Assembly (NCBI GenBank): GCA_030704615.1
Contig: CM060734.1
Span: forward strand, 10,726,001 to 10,790,000
Direction of reading: 5' to 3'
Origin: Takakia lepidozioides
Lineage: Eukaryota > Plantae > Bryophyta
Length of the DNA stretch: 64,000 nucleotides
Position numbers and translations under genes: made by a program. Below, piece by piece: positions 46,501 through 61,500 of the stretch. Every line of letters begins with the position of its first letter. The stretch's first letter is position 1. A model generated the notes under the pieces. That model was not told the origin of the DNA. It saw nothing but the letters and a program-made list of their open reading frames with translations, and ran no database searches.

Positions 46501-49500
46501 AGAGGAGGAGGTTGAATGGATTAGATCCACTGTACCTGCACCATGCTCACAATGATTTCCAGACCACCGCTTTCCTGCATCACTCCAGCAATAGAAAATT
46601 CAACCTCCGGGTCTTGTGACTCTTCACGGTCATCTTCCAGCTCTTTGATCATTGGCTCCGTTGCCTCGCCATCCAATCCCTGTCGAGTATATAACAATGA
46701 AACTCATAAAGATACAAAGGAAAGAGGGGAGAGAAGGAGAGGAAAAAGAGAGGAAAAAGAGATGAACAGAGCAACTATACCTGCAATCGGTAAGTGACAG
46801 TCATAGGAGGGCATTCCCTGCCGGGTGTGGCACCAGCTGCAGGCAACAAACTTGTGCCCACAGTGGAAGCTGCCGCCTGGCTGTGTGCCTTTTTCCAGAC
46901 CTGCTCATACACCTGCACCCACAGTTGCAAAAAGTGAGGAAATGCTATCCATGAACCCTGCCAAATCACCATGATACTAATGCACTACTGGCAGTGGATG
47001 GCTGGCTCTGTCAACAGTCAGGCATGCTGGTAATGGTATCATGCTCCAGGCCGAGCTGAGGACACTTCACATCCTTACCTGTGCGACACTGAGATCAAGG
47101 GCGATAATGTTGCCGGCCACAAGCAGCTCCATACCGTAGTCATCCTCCAAGAGACCAAGAAGCTCCAATTGATGGCAAATCTTGTTCTTAACATCACGCA
47201 TGAGAGATCCAATCTCAAGGCTAGAGTAAGGATTTTTGGTCATTGATCCCCGAATAAACTCTTCCTGGGTGTGGGCCTTGTTCAGCACCATCATGTATGC
47301 AGGTTCTGGCTTAGTTGGACAGATTATATTGCACAGCTGCTCGAGTATGAACTGCATAGCCCAGCAACAATACCACAACCATACTTAGAGAGGAAAGTAA
47401 GCAGAATACCTGGAAACCAGAACACAATTGAGTCACATAACAAGAGACTGGATTCCCAGGGCTTCAGTTCAACCCACCAGCAGGTTCTAGTTGGCCAAGG
47501 TGCGCATTGCAGCAAGAAAGTATGTCTACAACTTGTGGCTTGATGTTTACACTGTTTACACTGTGGTTGGGACGTTACATACAAGCCAATCCCTAGCTGG
47601 TGATTCATGAATCCTTGTCCTCAATCCTCAAATTAGGCTTGACTTCAGTTGCAACTAGACACTCATCCACGTAGAGGAGATGCCCTGATATTCTGATAGA
47701 ATGGTTCTGGGCACCATACCACTGGAGTGCGATCCTTCTTGTCTCGACAATGGGCTTGAAGCCCAGATATACATGCACGTATAAAGTGGCGCTTGTTGTC
47801 ATAGCTCTCTTGAAGTAGACTGTCAAGCAATTCTCGTAAGAGGCGACCACAATCACCAATGAGCTTCGTCTTCTGCACGACCAGTCCCCTGATAGCCAAG
47901 AGTGCCTCCAAGACTTGCGCTAGCAACTCCTGTTTCATGAACCTAAAGCACCCACCAAGAGAACCATCACCTCCCTGACCAGTGCTGAATTGATGAACCA
48001 CCAAACAGGGTGGATTTCTCTGAACAAATAATGTCCAACCACCCTCAACTCTCCACACATAAATCTCTACTCAAGCACAAAACTGACCTTGTCATTACAG
48101 TGACAAAAGAACACCATGCACATGGCCTGCAACACAGTAACAGGGTTTCCACCCATGATCCACCTTTGCTAGTAGACTGCTAGAGAATGATGTAATCCCT
48201 TCAAGGGATTATAACATACATGTGTACAAAGCACTAGTCCAAGCATGGATAACATCCTAGGTGCCAGTAAGGGTACCCACCTCGCACGAATGTTGGCCAC
48301 TTGCAGGAACTTGCTGAGCAACTCAATGAGCTTATGAAGAATATAGCCCTGTGAGATATCAGTGTGGGAGCGGCGCTCCTGCGATTCAATGCAGCTCACT
48401 TCATCAGTGATTAACATACATGTGGTGTGCAGAAAACCACGCACGGTGAGGTAGAGGCGAGACTCTTCGGGCTCCACCATTTTGAAAAGCAGCTCAAAGT
48501 AGTCAGCGGCACTCTCACCAGCAGCACGGGTCGCTGGAAGCAGGTTCATCAAAAGATTCAAAAACCGTGAGCGCCGCAAGGGGCTCTGGGCACACAGCAC
48601 TTCAATAAGGCCACACATTTCTAGGCGGATAGCCTGGGAACATGCACTCAGCACCAGCTCATGCACCCATGAGCTCTCTTCAAAGGCTGTAAGCTCATCA
48701 GTGACAGACACCTTGCACGCCTGCCGCTTCCACTTAAGCATGTATTTGAAGGCCAAAAAGTCAGCATGCTTGGGGTGCTTCCTGACCTTTTGTTGCACTG
48801 CAGCTTTATGGGTTTGGGACACCATAAATTGGCGCCTAACAAAATCAACATATGTTGCACCATTTTTCCACTCGATATAGTTCACCAGTGGTGTATCTTG
48901 GCCTCTGGTTTCATGCCCCAGCTCCTTCTCAAACAACCCAAACTGTGATTTTGAGTTGTTAAGTGGATTGGTGCTGGCAACAAAGAGTGCCTTCTTCACA
49001 GTTTCATCAGAGGGAGCTTCTGATCGTGCAGCAGCAGGTGCAGGGGTATCGTTCTCACTGCCACCCGCACCAACGGCATTCTCTGGCTTTGGTGGGGTGC
49101 ATGCTTGTGAGACAATGCGCAAACAAGCCAAAATAATATGCTCCGCTATCACTGGATGGCGAGCTCCCACCTGAAAGCAACAACACAATCTATTAATAGC
49201 TCAAGAAAATTATGACCCTCACAACATCCAGTCAGTATGCAACTCAGTTCTGATTTTGTAGCATACTAACAGCAACTTGTCAGTTCAATGGAAACCTGCC
49301 ACTTCCAAATGGACATCACTTGCCCACCTGTATGGAACGGAACAGAAGTTGGAAAACAACCCGAAGACGGGCTTCCCACAGGTCGTCAGTCAACGAGCAA
49401 GTCTCAGACAACAACTGGAGCTCATCACGTACACATGAAGCAATATCCATGGAACGATGGTGGTCCAAACAGTACATGGTTTTCTGCTTGATAAGGCTGT

Positions 49501-52500
49501 TCAGCTCAGCTACAGCAGCAGCATCACCCTCAGTAAAGGCACATAGGACTGCGCGAGCCTGGATGCGTGCTGCTTTGGGACCCTGGTGAATATTGTTTTC
49601 AAAGAGCTCTCTCAATATCCCTGCAGCTACTAACTGTTGCCGGCACTCTCGCTGTTTGCCAAGTACTTGCAAGCACTCCAAACACTGCCCAACAAAAGTG
49701 TTGGCACAGCCAAAGCAGCGGTTAGTGGGTCGGGGAGACACAAGGGGTGATGTGGACCCTCCAATACGCTTACGCTCTAGATATGTCATCAACACTTGGC
49801 GAAGGCCTTGTAGGCTCTGCACACTCTTGCTCAAAGAGTCAAAGGCCAACTTGCACTTTTCACCATACAAAACCCCAAGGATAGCTATCTTTCTGTTAAT
49901 TTTGAAGGAGGATGACCCAGGCAGAGAGACAATCATCTGCTGCACAGAGTCCTTTTGTTGAGAATCAACCTCTGTCTCCCCAATGCTAGACACAAGTTTT
50001 AGCAATGGCTTCTTGAAACCAAGTAGCTGCTGGTACCGTCTGTGAGCATTTTCAGACTCTGTCTCAATAGCTGCAAGGCCCTTCTTCATATCTTCTTCAT
50101 TTTCCATACAGTCAAAAGTGAAGCTCGGCTTTGCCATGAAGTTAAACTCGAAACGGCCATACTTACTGTAGCCACACTCATTGCAGAGAAATGAATCCAG
50201 ATTTTCATAGTTAATGTTGCGGCACTGCCGACATTGGTATGCATTCTCGTGGCAGTTGCTGCAGATACCATGCTTGTCCGTGACATAGCGGCTGCAGCGG
50301 GGGCACTGCAGTGACTCCAGGGATGATGCTTGTAAATTCTCATAAAAAGAATCCAGCTCAATCATGAAATTGCAGGCAGTGATAGGGATCGGAAACTCCA
50401 CCTTCAACTCAGTCTGGTTAAAAGCCAGGTGGCAGCTTCTGGCCCGCTTCCATAGTGACCAATTGTTTTTCAGTTCTGAAAGATCTGCAACAGCCCGGTT
50501 GTTGTAGTACAGGTTAAGGACTTTAACAGATTTGGAGCGACGTGCATCATGCACATTCATTGTGACACTTTGAATTGTATGGCTCCCAACACACTTCACG
50601 AGGATGCGATTATCCGTGAATTTTGTCTCTGACTTCAGGCTATCCAACTTCATTCGTGTGTAAGGCACTTCTGGACTGCTACAAGCCAAGCAAGGCTCAC
50701 TTTCAAGATAATACCCATCAAACTCCACCAAGCTTGCTAATGTGTTGTAAATTCGGGAATTAGGATGATTGGCCAGTAGCTCATTCTGTGCACACAAGGC
50801 ACCAAAGATGCACTTCACCACATCCCCGGTAAGGCAGTTCTGCACTGTCGCCACTTCATCACTATTATTGATTACACCTGCATCCAGGGTGCCCTTGGCC
50901 AACAGCCATGTCAGCAGATCTGTGTATTCAACTATGTTCTGCCCATACGATGGTAAAACTGGCACCTTGTCCAGTAGCGATGTTAGGAGCAGCACACGAA
51001 ACTGATGCTTTCCATGGTTCCAGGCACCATGGAGTACTGCTTTCGCCTCAACACGCACTGATGTTGCATTCCACGCCAGTAGAAACATGTCTATGAATGT
51101 CCTTAGAAGCTTCCCATCTTCAGTAGCTAGCTGCTCTACTGCAAGCTCCATATCCAAGTGGGCCTTGTCATTTGAACTGTTGATGTCATCACTACCAGAT
51201 CTCTTCTTCTTTCCATCCAAAGTTGGTGTTCCTGCCCTCGTTGAAGCAGCCATGCTCCCAATGCCACCACCACCACCTACCTCAGCAGAGTCACCCAAGG
51301 TTACTCCCTTCACAGTGGAACCCTCTCTGCCTGTGTGAAGAACTAGCATCAAGAGCTTGAGGGTTTGCACCACAGACTCCTCCCCGAAAGAGAAAACCCC
51401 CTTTAACAGAAATTGAACAACATCAATATGCCTGGAGCAATACTTTTGCCAGTTGCGAGGACGAGCTGCTGCTACTTCGGCAATGGCGGACAGGCATTTG
51501 AGCAGCTTTAAACTCCTTTCATATGGCAAAGGTGCCTGGAAACTTCCTGACTTCTGTGCAAGCTTATACACTCGCTTCACCTCTCGGTTGAGCTGCCATA
51601 CATCCCGCACATTGTAGTAGTTGCCTTTGGTCCCACAAATATGCACAAGAAGTCTCCGTGCATACTTCCGAATGAATGTTGTGTGTGGATTGTTGATGTA
51701 GCTGCAGAGCACCTCTTGCCACCCTTCCAGCTTCAAGTCTGCACCACTTGCACCTTTGTACGAGGGCTGCTCTTTCTCCCCCACCCTGTCAGATTTTTCA
51801 GGATGCACCAGGTGGTACGTAAGCCGGAAAGCACTCTCTAGCAAGAGCCTATGGAAGTCCCCGAATAAGTCCCCTCTATGGGCTTTTGCATACGAGTCAG
51901 AGAAAAAAGGGGTAAAACTGCCCGACGCAAACTCCCGTCTGACAGTCAACAGTGCCCCACATGCCGCAGATGTCGAACATGCTGGGCTGACTTCCACACC
52001 CTTAGAAGAGCTCTTGAACACATGCATCAGCTGCTGAACAATATTGGAAAGGTGGGTAATAAGAGGCTGCTGCCGCAATGCAGCACATGCTCTGTCTAGC
52101 TGAGAGCCTCCCTCAGCCCCACCTTGGCCATCACTTGAAGAGGGTGACACTAGCAGTGTGCTGCTTGTGGACACTGTTGGCTCCTGACTAGTTGTGCTAG
52201 GCCTTGCCTGTGATTGGTCAGTACCAGGCTGATGCCACTTGCGCAAAACCAGAGTGAAGAACATGAACACTAGAATGGACACTTCTCCCAGATTTGACCG
52301 CACCTTCGCCGTCAAAGGTATATTGAGATCAAGCTCTTGCAACATCAGCTTGATAAACTGCTCCAGATCCAGACCGCCCCCATTGGGTGAACTATCAACC
52401 AGTGGGCCCGAAGGAGCTGAGGCCAGCCTGTAAAATAATTGCATAACTGGAGCAGCCTGTGCCCCAGAGCTAGTATGCATCCATCCTTGTACATCTATTA

Positions 52501-55500
52501 TGAGTTGCTGCAGAAGTACATAACTGACAGCTCTCTTGGATGCTGAGATAGCCACACCTTTGGGTTCCTCGACCACCATCGTTTGCATTACATCCCTGCT
52601 TGCGCTCGTATCTAAGGATGCAGCTGCACCACTTGCCTGCAAGCTCAGCTCTGTTGCCATCTGCAACAAGCTTTCATCACTCATCTCATCTATTGAGGAA
52701 AAGTGCAACTCGGTGCCATCTCCACCAGTCAAGTCCACTTCAATGGGAAAGGCACACATGGAATGATCCCTACTATGGGGAGGAGGGAGCTGGTCAGCAT
52801 CCATTATTTCATAGCAAGCTTCACACAGATCAAAATCAGGGCAAACATTACAATGCCAGCGTCTTCTCAGAATTGGAACGGTCGAGCAACCATCACAACA
52901 GTACTGTACAGAGGCAGTTCCAGTGTCCTCATCCATCATCACCTGGCCTGCCCCTATATTTCCACTCCCACTGTCCGAAGGAAGCGATGGTGCCCTCAAT
53001 CTTTCTGTTACATCGTCCATGGCTAGCATTGTCTGCTTTGGCAGTGGGACCTGCAGCAGTCGGGCTGAGATGGCCAGACTGAACAACCCACAATCAGATA
53101 ATTTAGATGTTAAGTACAGAATGACATACATGTTGGATGAACGCTGTCACAACTGTCAAATACTGCATAATACAAGCATGAGCCTTGGCGAACCAGGAGC
53201 GTAACTTAGCACTTTGGAGACCTCTGTGCTGAACAACACAAGAGCATCTCCATAACATTCCTCACCAAAGCTTGGAAAAAGGTACAAAGGATAACCTTCT
53301 TGCACTGATCTATGGAAGAGGTACCTGCAGGATGTTCGCACAGGTTCATACGGTGCAAAGAGTAATTTGTGAAGAAGAGCAACTGCTGGTGCAACTGAGG
53401 TCCCTGCGGTCACAGATGCACTGACTTGATGCAGTGTAAGACATTCGGCATAGCCATAGATGATGTCAACCATGGGTATCACAAGATTGTTGATGGTCTG
53501 TGCGTCCAACTGCTCCCTTGACAAAATCTCCCACAGCACTTTCACTAGTCCATCCACTAGTGAAGGACCTGCAAAGTCCAGGACCACAGGCAAATACAAC
53601 AAAGACAACCCTAAAATGTCATATTCCACCTCCTAGCAGCATACATATGGAGGCCCTTAAAAATGATACACAAGAAATATGAACACTCTGCGTACAGAAA
53701 GTACAATTCAAGAGGAGAGAAAGTAATAACAAGACATTGTTTGCGGTAGCCTTGTGGCCATAGACCCCGCACCCAGTTTGGGAACAGAAACTACCTTTGT
53801 GAGGGGCTCACTCCAGTAGTGGGACAACCTTGATATAAACAATTAGTCCGGGCTTTCCGGATTTCCTCTAGAAAGTCCTTCACACAAGCATCAATCTGCT
53901 GTGATTGAGCTGCCCAGCAATCAGACCAACATGTCCAAGGCTTTAGGATTAGCCTCGAGATTTTGAGCGTTGGTGACCAGAGGTGCAGGGACTGTGTTCT
54001 TCATGGTCCTCAAGAGCATCACTCTCAGATGAGAATACCCCGGACATTGTATCAGAAAATGGATTTTGTTTTCAGGCCACCCGCATATCGGGCAGTGACG
54101 ATCTCCCTTCCCTCTCTGCATCTGTTTATTGTTCAAAGGCAGACTCCCCACCTTGAGCTTAAATTTCAGTCGAGTGCTGAGGGTAGGTGGGCCCTTCAAA
54201 TCATCCTTAATGTCCTCACCCATCTCACAAACTGGTTTCAGGGATATGCCTAACTTCATTTTGTTCGGACATTCTTTGTGCTTCTGACATGACCTTAGAC
54301 ACTTGAGCCTCCCAAGTCAGCTTCATCTAGCAGGGTCAGTTCTTCCTGCGTAATATTCAGGTACTCAACCTCCTCTGCCCTTTTCCACCAGGACTTAGCC
54401 TGTTTAATAGGACAGTCTTTCTTCCAAGAAATAGATCATCTTTTCCAAGAAATTAATCATCTTCGGGTATCTGGTCTTAGGCGTGCAGTTCAACTGACCC
54501 CACCATCTGACCTTAAGCTCATCACGTCGAGAGCTCAAGGGCGATGAACCAAACTCACCACGAATAGCCACGTTAGCTGTTCTAGAGCACTCTGAGTATC
54601 CTCAGCAAGGTGGAATGATGACGGTTCAAGACCAGTGCTGATTGAGGTCACAGCACTGGCACCGGTCAGCGTCGTCCCGCAGCTGAGGCATGTGGACCAC
54701 CTCAGCCTCATTACTACATGCTTGGCCTGCCACTACAGCCGGTCAGACAAGCTTGCATGACTTGGAAAGCACCCCTGTTGAATGGAAGGGTGAGCACACC
54801 TTCCTGTGTTGACGAGGCACAGGTTCCAAATTGACATTGTAAGACCCTAAGTCCATTGTCCTGTCTCATCCATTGGGTGTGACAGCAGACTCAGGAGGAG
54901 CCAAGGCATTCATTTGAAATGGAAAGTGCGGTATCATGTCCTTTGGGCACAGGCCCTAATGCTTTGCCATCTATTCCTATTTGGTGGCCATTTGAACTGT
55001 GAGGCAAATGTATCCTAGCTCGAGAATAGTCCTCTCATTCATCTCTGACATGACCCTATTTTCTTATCAGTTCCTTCTTCGAGCAGACCTATGTTGTCAT
55101 GCCTTTTGTACGCCTTCCCTGAACCAATCCGTGTCACTCTCCACCCTGCAGTTTTGGCTATCGATATACATCAAAGGAGAGGGAAGTATGCATGAAGTTG
55201 AATAGTTTGTGCACTGCGGACTTGCTGAACTGAGACCAGTCAATGGTAAAGAGCTGAGAGACAATGACCCCTTACCAGTGACCTATGTGTTTCCCCTTCC
55301 CTTCCAAAGGAGAAAAAGGAGACTTTAAGCAGAGCCTTGGTTATTACTGGAGCCAAAGTGAAGTGCAGTAGACATGGAGGCATACCATTGTGTTCAAGAA
55401 AGCTCGCCAAATTGGATTGACGGTGCAGAGAAATTTTCCTCACAGCACACATCTGGGCCACAAACTCCTGAACCAGCCAGGATGTCGCAGACCCACCCGC

Positions 55501-58500
55501 ACCTATCTTTGACGCGAGGAGTGGACATGAACGAGTTACTCCAGTCAATCGCATACTATCCTTGGCCTGCAAGCAACCAGAAGTTTTAAAGCATGGATCT
55601 GCTAGCATGACTGTTAGTTCAGTACCTTGCAGTTGAATATCTAGAAAAAAGCTGTTTTGATCAGAGAGTTGCCACAAACAGACAAACATAGTGGAAAGTT
55701 TTACTATAGTCAGCAGCCTGGAAGCGCCTTACTTTCAGTTGAGCACGCCTCACCAAACGGAGACTTGCTCAAATGATAACCAAATTGCAGCGATTTTAGT
55801 GTACAGCTTCTGAATCATATAGCTGAACAGAGAAACTGCAGTGTAACAGTAACACGGCTAGCGAAAGTCAATCGAAACGGTAATCAGCTTCACCAGAGAT
55901 ATAGACAGGCTTTCCTACATGCAGTCAAAGGCAAGATCCTTTCCATCATTCAGACATAAACAAAGAAGGCTGATGATGCAAACCTGATTATAGGCATCCT
56001 TTATTGGATACAAAGCATGCAGAACATGCCTGGCCGAAGACTGCAATAGAGGCTGCCTATCACTCTCAAACACAATTTCCAGTACAGGCAGGCACTTCCT
56101 TCTGCTCTTCTCTAGCCTGTTGTCAACAATATCACAAGCCAATTGTGCTCTGGAAGCCAAGTAGTAACCATGTAGAATGCACAGATTGTCAGAAAAGATC
56201 TGTTCCAAAGCAGAGGCAGTCCGCATCAACTTGTACTTGGCACGGCTTGTGCTAGAGCCGGGAAACATTGAGCTCCCATGCCCTGGAGACTCCAAATCCA
56301 ATACAGCATCAAGCTTCTCCTTCCACCCAAAATCATCCTTGGACCGCCCATAAATCTCAAGGCAATCCACCCTTGGCAGGGATGAGCCATTGAAGGTGGG
56401 CCCCACAGTGAGGGTGAACTCCTCATCAGCGACTAAAGCTTCTGCATTGGTGAAGGGAATATCATACCAGCAGCGCACACCCTCCTCTAGTCTTAAGGAC
56501 CTCTGAAAGATGCGCAGTTCTGATGGAATATGACTTGCTGATGTGTTGCCCACATGCACCCTGCAACCCATCATCACGAGCTCTGGATTGGAGTTGAAGA
56601 CAAGAATCTGCAAATGCCAAACTGCCACAACCCATCAGCCTCACCTGGTGCAATCTCATCTGTGAACAAAGCTAACAATGTACAAAAGCAACCAGAATAG
56701 GAGGCGAAAACCACCTTTTCTCTGGAACTGCACACAAGACCAATAATCATTTTCAACATCATTAAGAGACAACAGCTGGACAACAACACTGCACAAAACA
56801 TGGAAGTACTTGCATCTGCAAATACAGCAGCTTTCACAGTGTATGCCAACCAGCTCAGCCCCATGAATGGCCCCCTCCTCCCTCAATGGCCCAGATTCTA
56901 AGGCACACGTCTCAGCTAATAAGCAGCGTTAGTTCATCGGCCCAGGTCCATGACTTGGACAGCACAAACCCATGGTCTTACAGCCTGTGCAGGATTGCTA
57001 CATCAAGTGGGGCCATCAAGCTTCTCTCAAAGGGTATTTGTCGGACAGTGCAGGAAGATGAGGTCTCAACTCGTGTACCACCACCAGTTGAGATTCGCTC
57101 TATGGCTCTCCAAGACTTAGGAAAATTTGGTGAAGTACATAGAGTAATCTCAGACCGTTACATCTATTTCAAATTTGACGATTTAAAATATTTCAACCAT
57201 TCGTCTGGACATGTGTAGACATGCAGTCATTTGCATTTCTATATACTAGAGTATGGAATCAGAGTCACAGTCACAATCACAGTGTCATCTATTCATAACT
57301 TCATCCCTTCCAACATTTAAACATTCATCCATTCTACTATTTGACACATGTATATATCTTGTAGGGGATCAAAATCTGTCACCGCTCCACAAACCACTTG
57401 AAATGGTCAGTTTCAGCTTGACAGTAGACAGACATTGACAGACAGAGATGAAGAGAGGCCAGAAACATACTTCAAAACAGTTAGCCTCACACAAGGAATT
57501 CACTTTAAGACAGTCAGATGTTGCCAACTATGGTCAAACTGACTTAAGACTAATGGAAAGACTGGCCTGCATAACTATTTCAGGCTACAGTGACATTGCA
57601 GAGATATCACAGTACCTTAAAACCAGAGGAGCTGGGGCCCTCAAGAAAACCATCATCGGAGGCTAGGCTCAATTTAACACCCTCCGAATCACTGTTGCGC
57701 AAAATGTCACCCCCCAGCTTTACATCAGCTGTGATGCATGTAGTCTTCTCGAAAAAATCTAATGGAAACACAGGGGCTGCATCACCACTGCTGATCCGGC
57801 TGCCCAGCAGGACCGCTCCTAGCTTCTTCACCTGCTCCACCTCTAGGCTAGCACTTTGCTTCTGAATGTCTACCCCGCTGAGTCCATGCATGGAGTCTGG
57901 GAGCATTACAGAGAAAGAAAATACTTGCAGGCTTCCATCATCATGTAATACTAGCACACTGTTCCTTTCCTTGGTCATTGGACGGTATGCAGCAACTCCA
58001 TCAACGCGCAAGGACGATGAGTTCCCATTCATCCGTAAAGGTTGTGAATGTGTCTCAATGTTGCCAATTTGCAGAGCAACAGCACAGTTAGACCTCTGAC
58101 TGGACAGGCACACAAAAAGGCCACTGCCCTCAAACATCTCCTTCCAGTGATGCAGTCCTGCGGGCTTTGTCTTGCCATCATGTTCTACTTCCACCACACT
58201 TGCAACCTCTGCAATCCCTGTGAAGTCAGTGTTCAACCGTGCAATTAAGGATAAGCTGGCAGAGTAAGATAGAAATAGCAGCTTATAGGCTGCACAGAAA
58301 TGCAATGATATTCCTTTCTCTGACTTGTAGCTTTCAGGCAGTTGAATGTTCTCTGTCAAAATGCGGGCACCAGAATCACCTCCTGTTATACGTTGACTGT
58401 AGAGAACCCCTTGCTGAGAGAGGACAAGAGCCATCAGTTGCCCTTGGCCTGCAGACAGAAGAGTTGCATCTGCAATAGAATCCTCCAATACTGTAAAATA

Positions 58501-61500
58501 GTGACTCGGACTTATCTTGTCCTGAGACAAATCATAAATTTTCACGAACCTGTTGGTTACAACCATCAGCTCCACTTGTGAACCAGGCACCCAGGCTACA
58601 CGGCGGATGTAGGCATCTTGTAGAGCAAGTTCCAAAGCTAGTCGATCCGTCACTTCTCCTCGTGGGTTGACAGTAAAAACCTGACAGTCTTCATATCCGG
58701 CAACTGCCAAGTAACATTCGTTTGCATGATTAAAAGCAAGCTGTACCAATTCAAAGCGTACGGCATTCTTGGAGAGGGGCTTCACTGTCGTCTTATCAAT
58801 AGTAACAGGGGTTGCCGTAGGCTGGCCAATAAGCTGTCCCACATCGAAGATAGTCATTTTGTCTCCCTCTCCTGCAGCTAGCCTCCCCCGACTGCTGATT
58901 GTAAGCAGTGACTTCACAAGTGAGCCACTCACCAAGTGGGACTTGAGCTCCCGTGCATTAGAGTACTCTGCTTTGATCTTCATGTCAAGAGAACCACTCT
59001 TGTAAGCCCTCTTAAGCTGCAACAAATCACTCTTGGGGCTAAGCAGTTTGTATTCACCCAGCTGCACCTCTTCATCCTTCCTAGCTGCCAGCTTTTGCCC
59101 AACATTCAAATCGCTTAGCAACTTTTTGCACAGGGACAGCACTTGGCCTTCTAGATCTAAGTCTGACAAGTAATCCAACAACTGTTTCTTTTCCCCATCC
59201 AGTATAGAGATTTTAAAAAGCCCTTCACCATCCAAGTGGTCTTCATCCTCAGCATCTGTGTCACTGTCTGATGGAGGCAGATGGCCACAATGAGCTGTCA
59301 AAGGTAAGAAATTGTCTGTGGCATTTGTACCTGCTGATGGCCCTGTTGCTGTGGGAGAGAGATACTTTCTTGGCTTGAGGCAGAGGCAGCCGGAGCCCCG
59401 TACACCCCCTGCCCCGCAGTCACAGAAGAAACGGCTGTGACGAGAGTACACAACCTTGTGACCCCTGTGGCAAACCCTGGCACAAACCGAGCAACATCCC
59501 TTGGAGACAGTTAAGTCGCATGTGTAACAGAAGTACCAATGTTGTTCCATAAAGTTGCTTCCGCTGGACGTGAAAGTGCAAACACGGGAAGCCAGAGCAC
59601 GTTCACTGGTGCTGCCATCATCATCATCATCGCGATCCAGGCTTGCAATTTCACCATCCGAGGTTGCATCATCTTCATCCTCATCTACGGAGGTTGCATC
59701 ACAGTCAGCCACCATACCTCCCCGATCTAGTGCAGTCTGTAGGAGCTGCTCTGAGCTTTTCCTTAAAAGTGACTGCTTAACCTTCACGCCTACCATGCCA
59801 GAGCAGGTAGTGCTGCAATTTTTACTGTCTCCACGGATACCCTGCATCTGTGCCTTGTGGGCCCCACATGCCCCAAGCATAGAGCCTAGAAAGGCAAGGA
59901 TGGACTTGTGTCCCTCTACACAAGTGCCAGTGATCGGCAACTTCCTCACAAGGTCCACCACAGATCTCAAAAGCCGTTTAAGGAGATCCTCTCCTACAGC
60001 CAGCTGCACAATCAACCCAAAATAGGCTTTGGCAGCCACTACACTGAACTCTACAAACGCACGCTCCACATTTGCTAGCATCGCATCTAGTAAATGAGTC
60101 CGCAAACTTTCTCCTTCGGCATCAAAAGGATGCATCACTAAGGCCTGCAGGAAGCAGGCAGCAAGTTCCCTTACAGTAGGAGAAGCTGCCCATCCCCCAG
60201 ATTTGTTGGGAGACTCTCCTCCCCAACCCAAAAACCTTTGCTCTAACCAAGCTGCCAGGTTGCTCACATCCATTCCCAGAAACTTCTGCTGCAGATCTTG
60301 CTTACACCCGATATCACATCCTAATAGCTCGACAAGAAGTTGAAGGGACTTGGTATTTACAGCTTCACTAGTGCAGCCTTCCAGAACGTCTACAAGTGGG
60401 GAAAGACTCCCGGAACCAACAAGAGATCTGCAGGTGTTCAAGATCTTCCACTTCATTCGTTCACTTCCTTCACCCTCATGTTGTTGCACAAAAAAACGTA
60501 CCCGAAGCGCTTCAAGCCTGTTAGGATCGGTGCAAATGCTGTTGATAGCATCCAGTGCTTGCAAAATAACAGCCTCTCGCACTGCCTCATGTAACTCGCT
60601 TTGCTTACTGCACAGCAGCCGCAACAGCTTCTCTGCATGGTGCAGCTCATTCAAATCTCTATATAGTGCCTGTTCCTCCTTAGCTGGAATCAAAGCTTCC
60701 AAAACAAGGGTGCCCTTGCTACAAACAGTCTCAAAGGTACTATCCAGCTTCATAGTCATGATTGTCTGTAACAGACCCTCCAAAACCTCCACCTTCAATG
60801 CATGTATGCTGATACCACCCTCCAGTCCGTCAGTAGCAAGAACACCTTGTATTGTCTCCAAGATACTCTTAACCAACATCATAGATGATACCACAGCAGC
60901 ACTGCCTGGTCGGGAACAGGAAGGAAATCCATGCAACAGGGCCGTAATGAAGATGCTATCCAGATCCCTGAAGTCTCCCATGTCATGTCCTGGTCCTAGG
61001 AGTAGACTGAGAGTCTCAGATTGCCACGTTGTGGCAGAGCCCCACCTCAGAAGCGACTGCACAGTCAAAATGCTGACTCCTGATGCCTCCAAAAGATCCT
61101 GCTGCCTGCTCCTAGTCAGCCCACCTTGAAGCAGCAAGTCAATGGAGGATGATGTTGCCCTGCACGAGTGCTGCTCCATGAGCACCTGGGACACTGCATC
61201 CCGGACGCTATCCACATACCAAGCCAGGAGGACAGACAGGGTTTGTAGCAACTGATCAATCTGACCATCTTTTGTTATTACTAGCACTGCCTGCTCTAGG
61301 AATTCCAGAATCTGAGTCTTTGGTGACACCTCAGAAACTGAACGTTTCTCAACAAAAGACCACAGCCCAGCCTGTAGCAGTGACAACAACATACTCAAGG
61401 ATGAGCCCTGCCTCAGAAAATCCCAAGACCTCAGTTTTTCTCCCCCCTCACAGAGATTGTTGCTCATTGTGGACAAGGTCTGCATCACAAAAGCAACCCA

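Noticed and set aside
60350-61129. 259-aa plus-strand ORF and other plus-strand ORFs over 42.6-63.7 kb
   Set aside because: Antisense shadows of BIG coding exons with no motifs.
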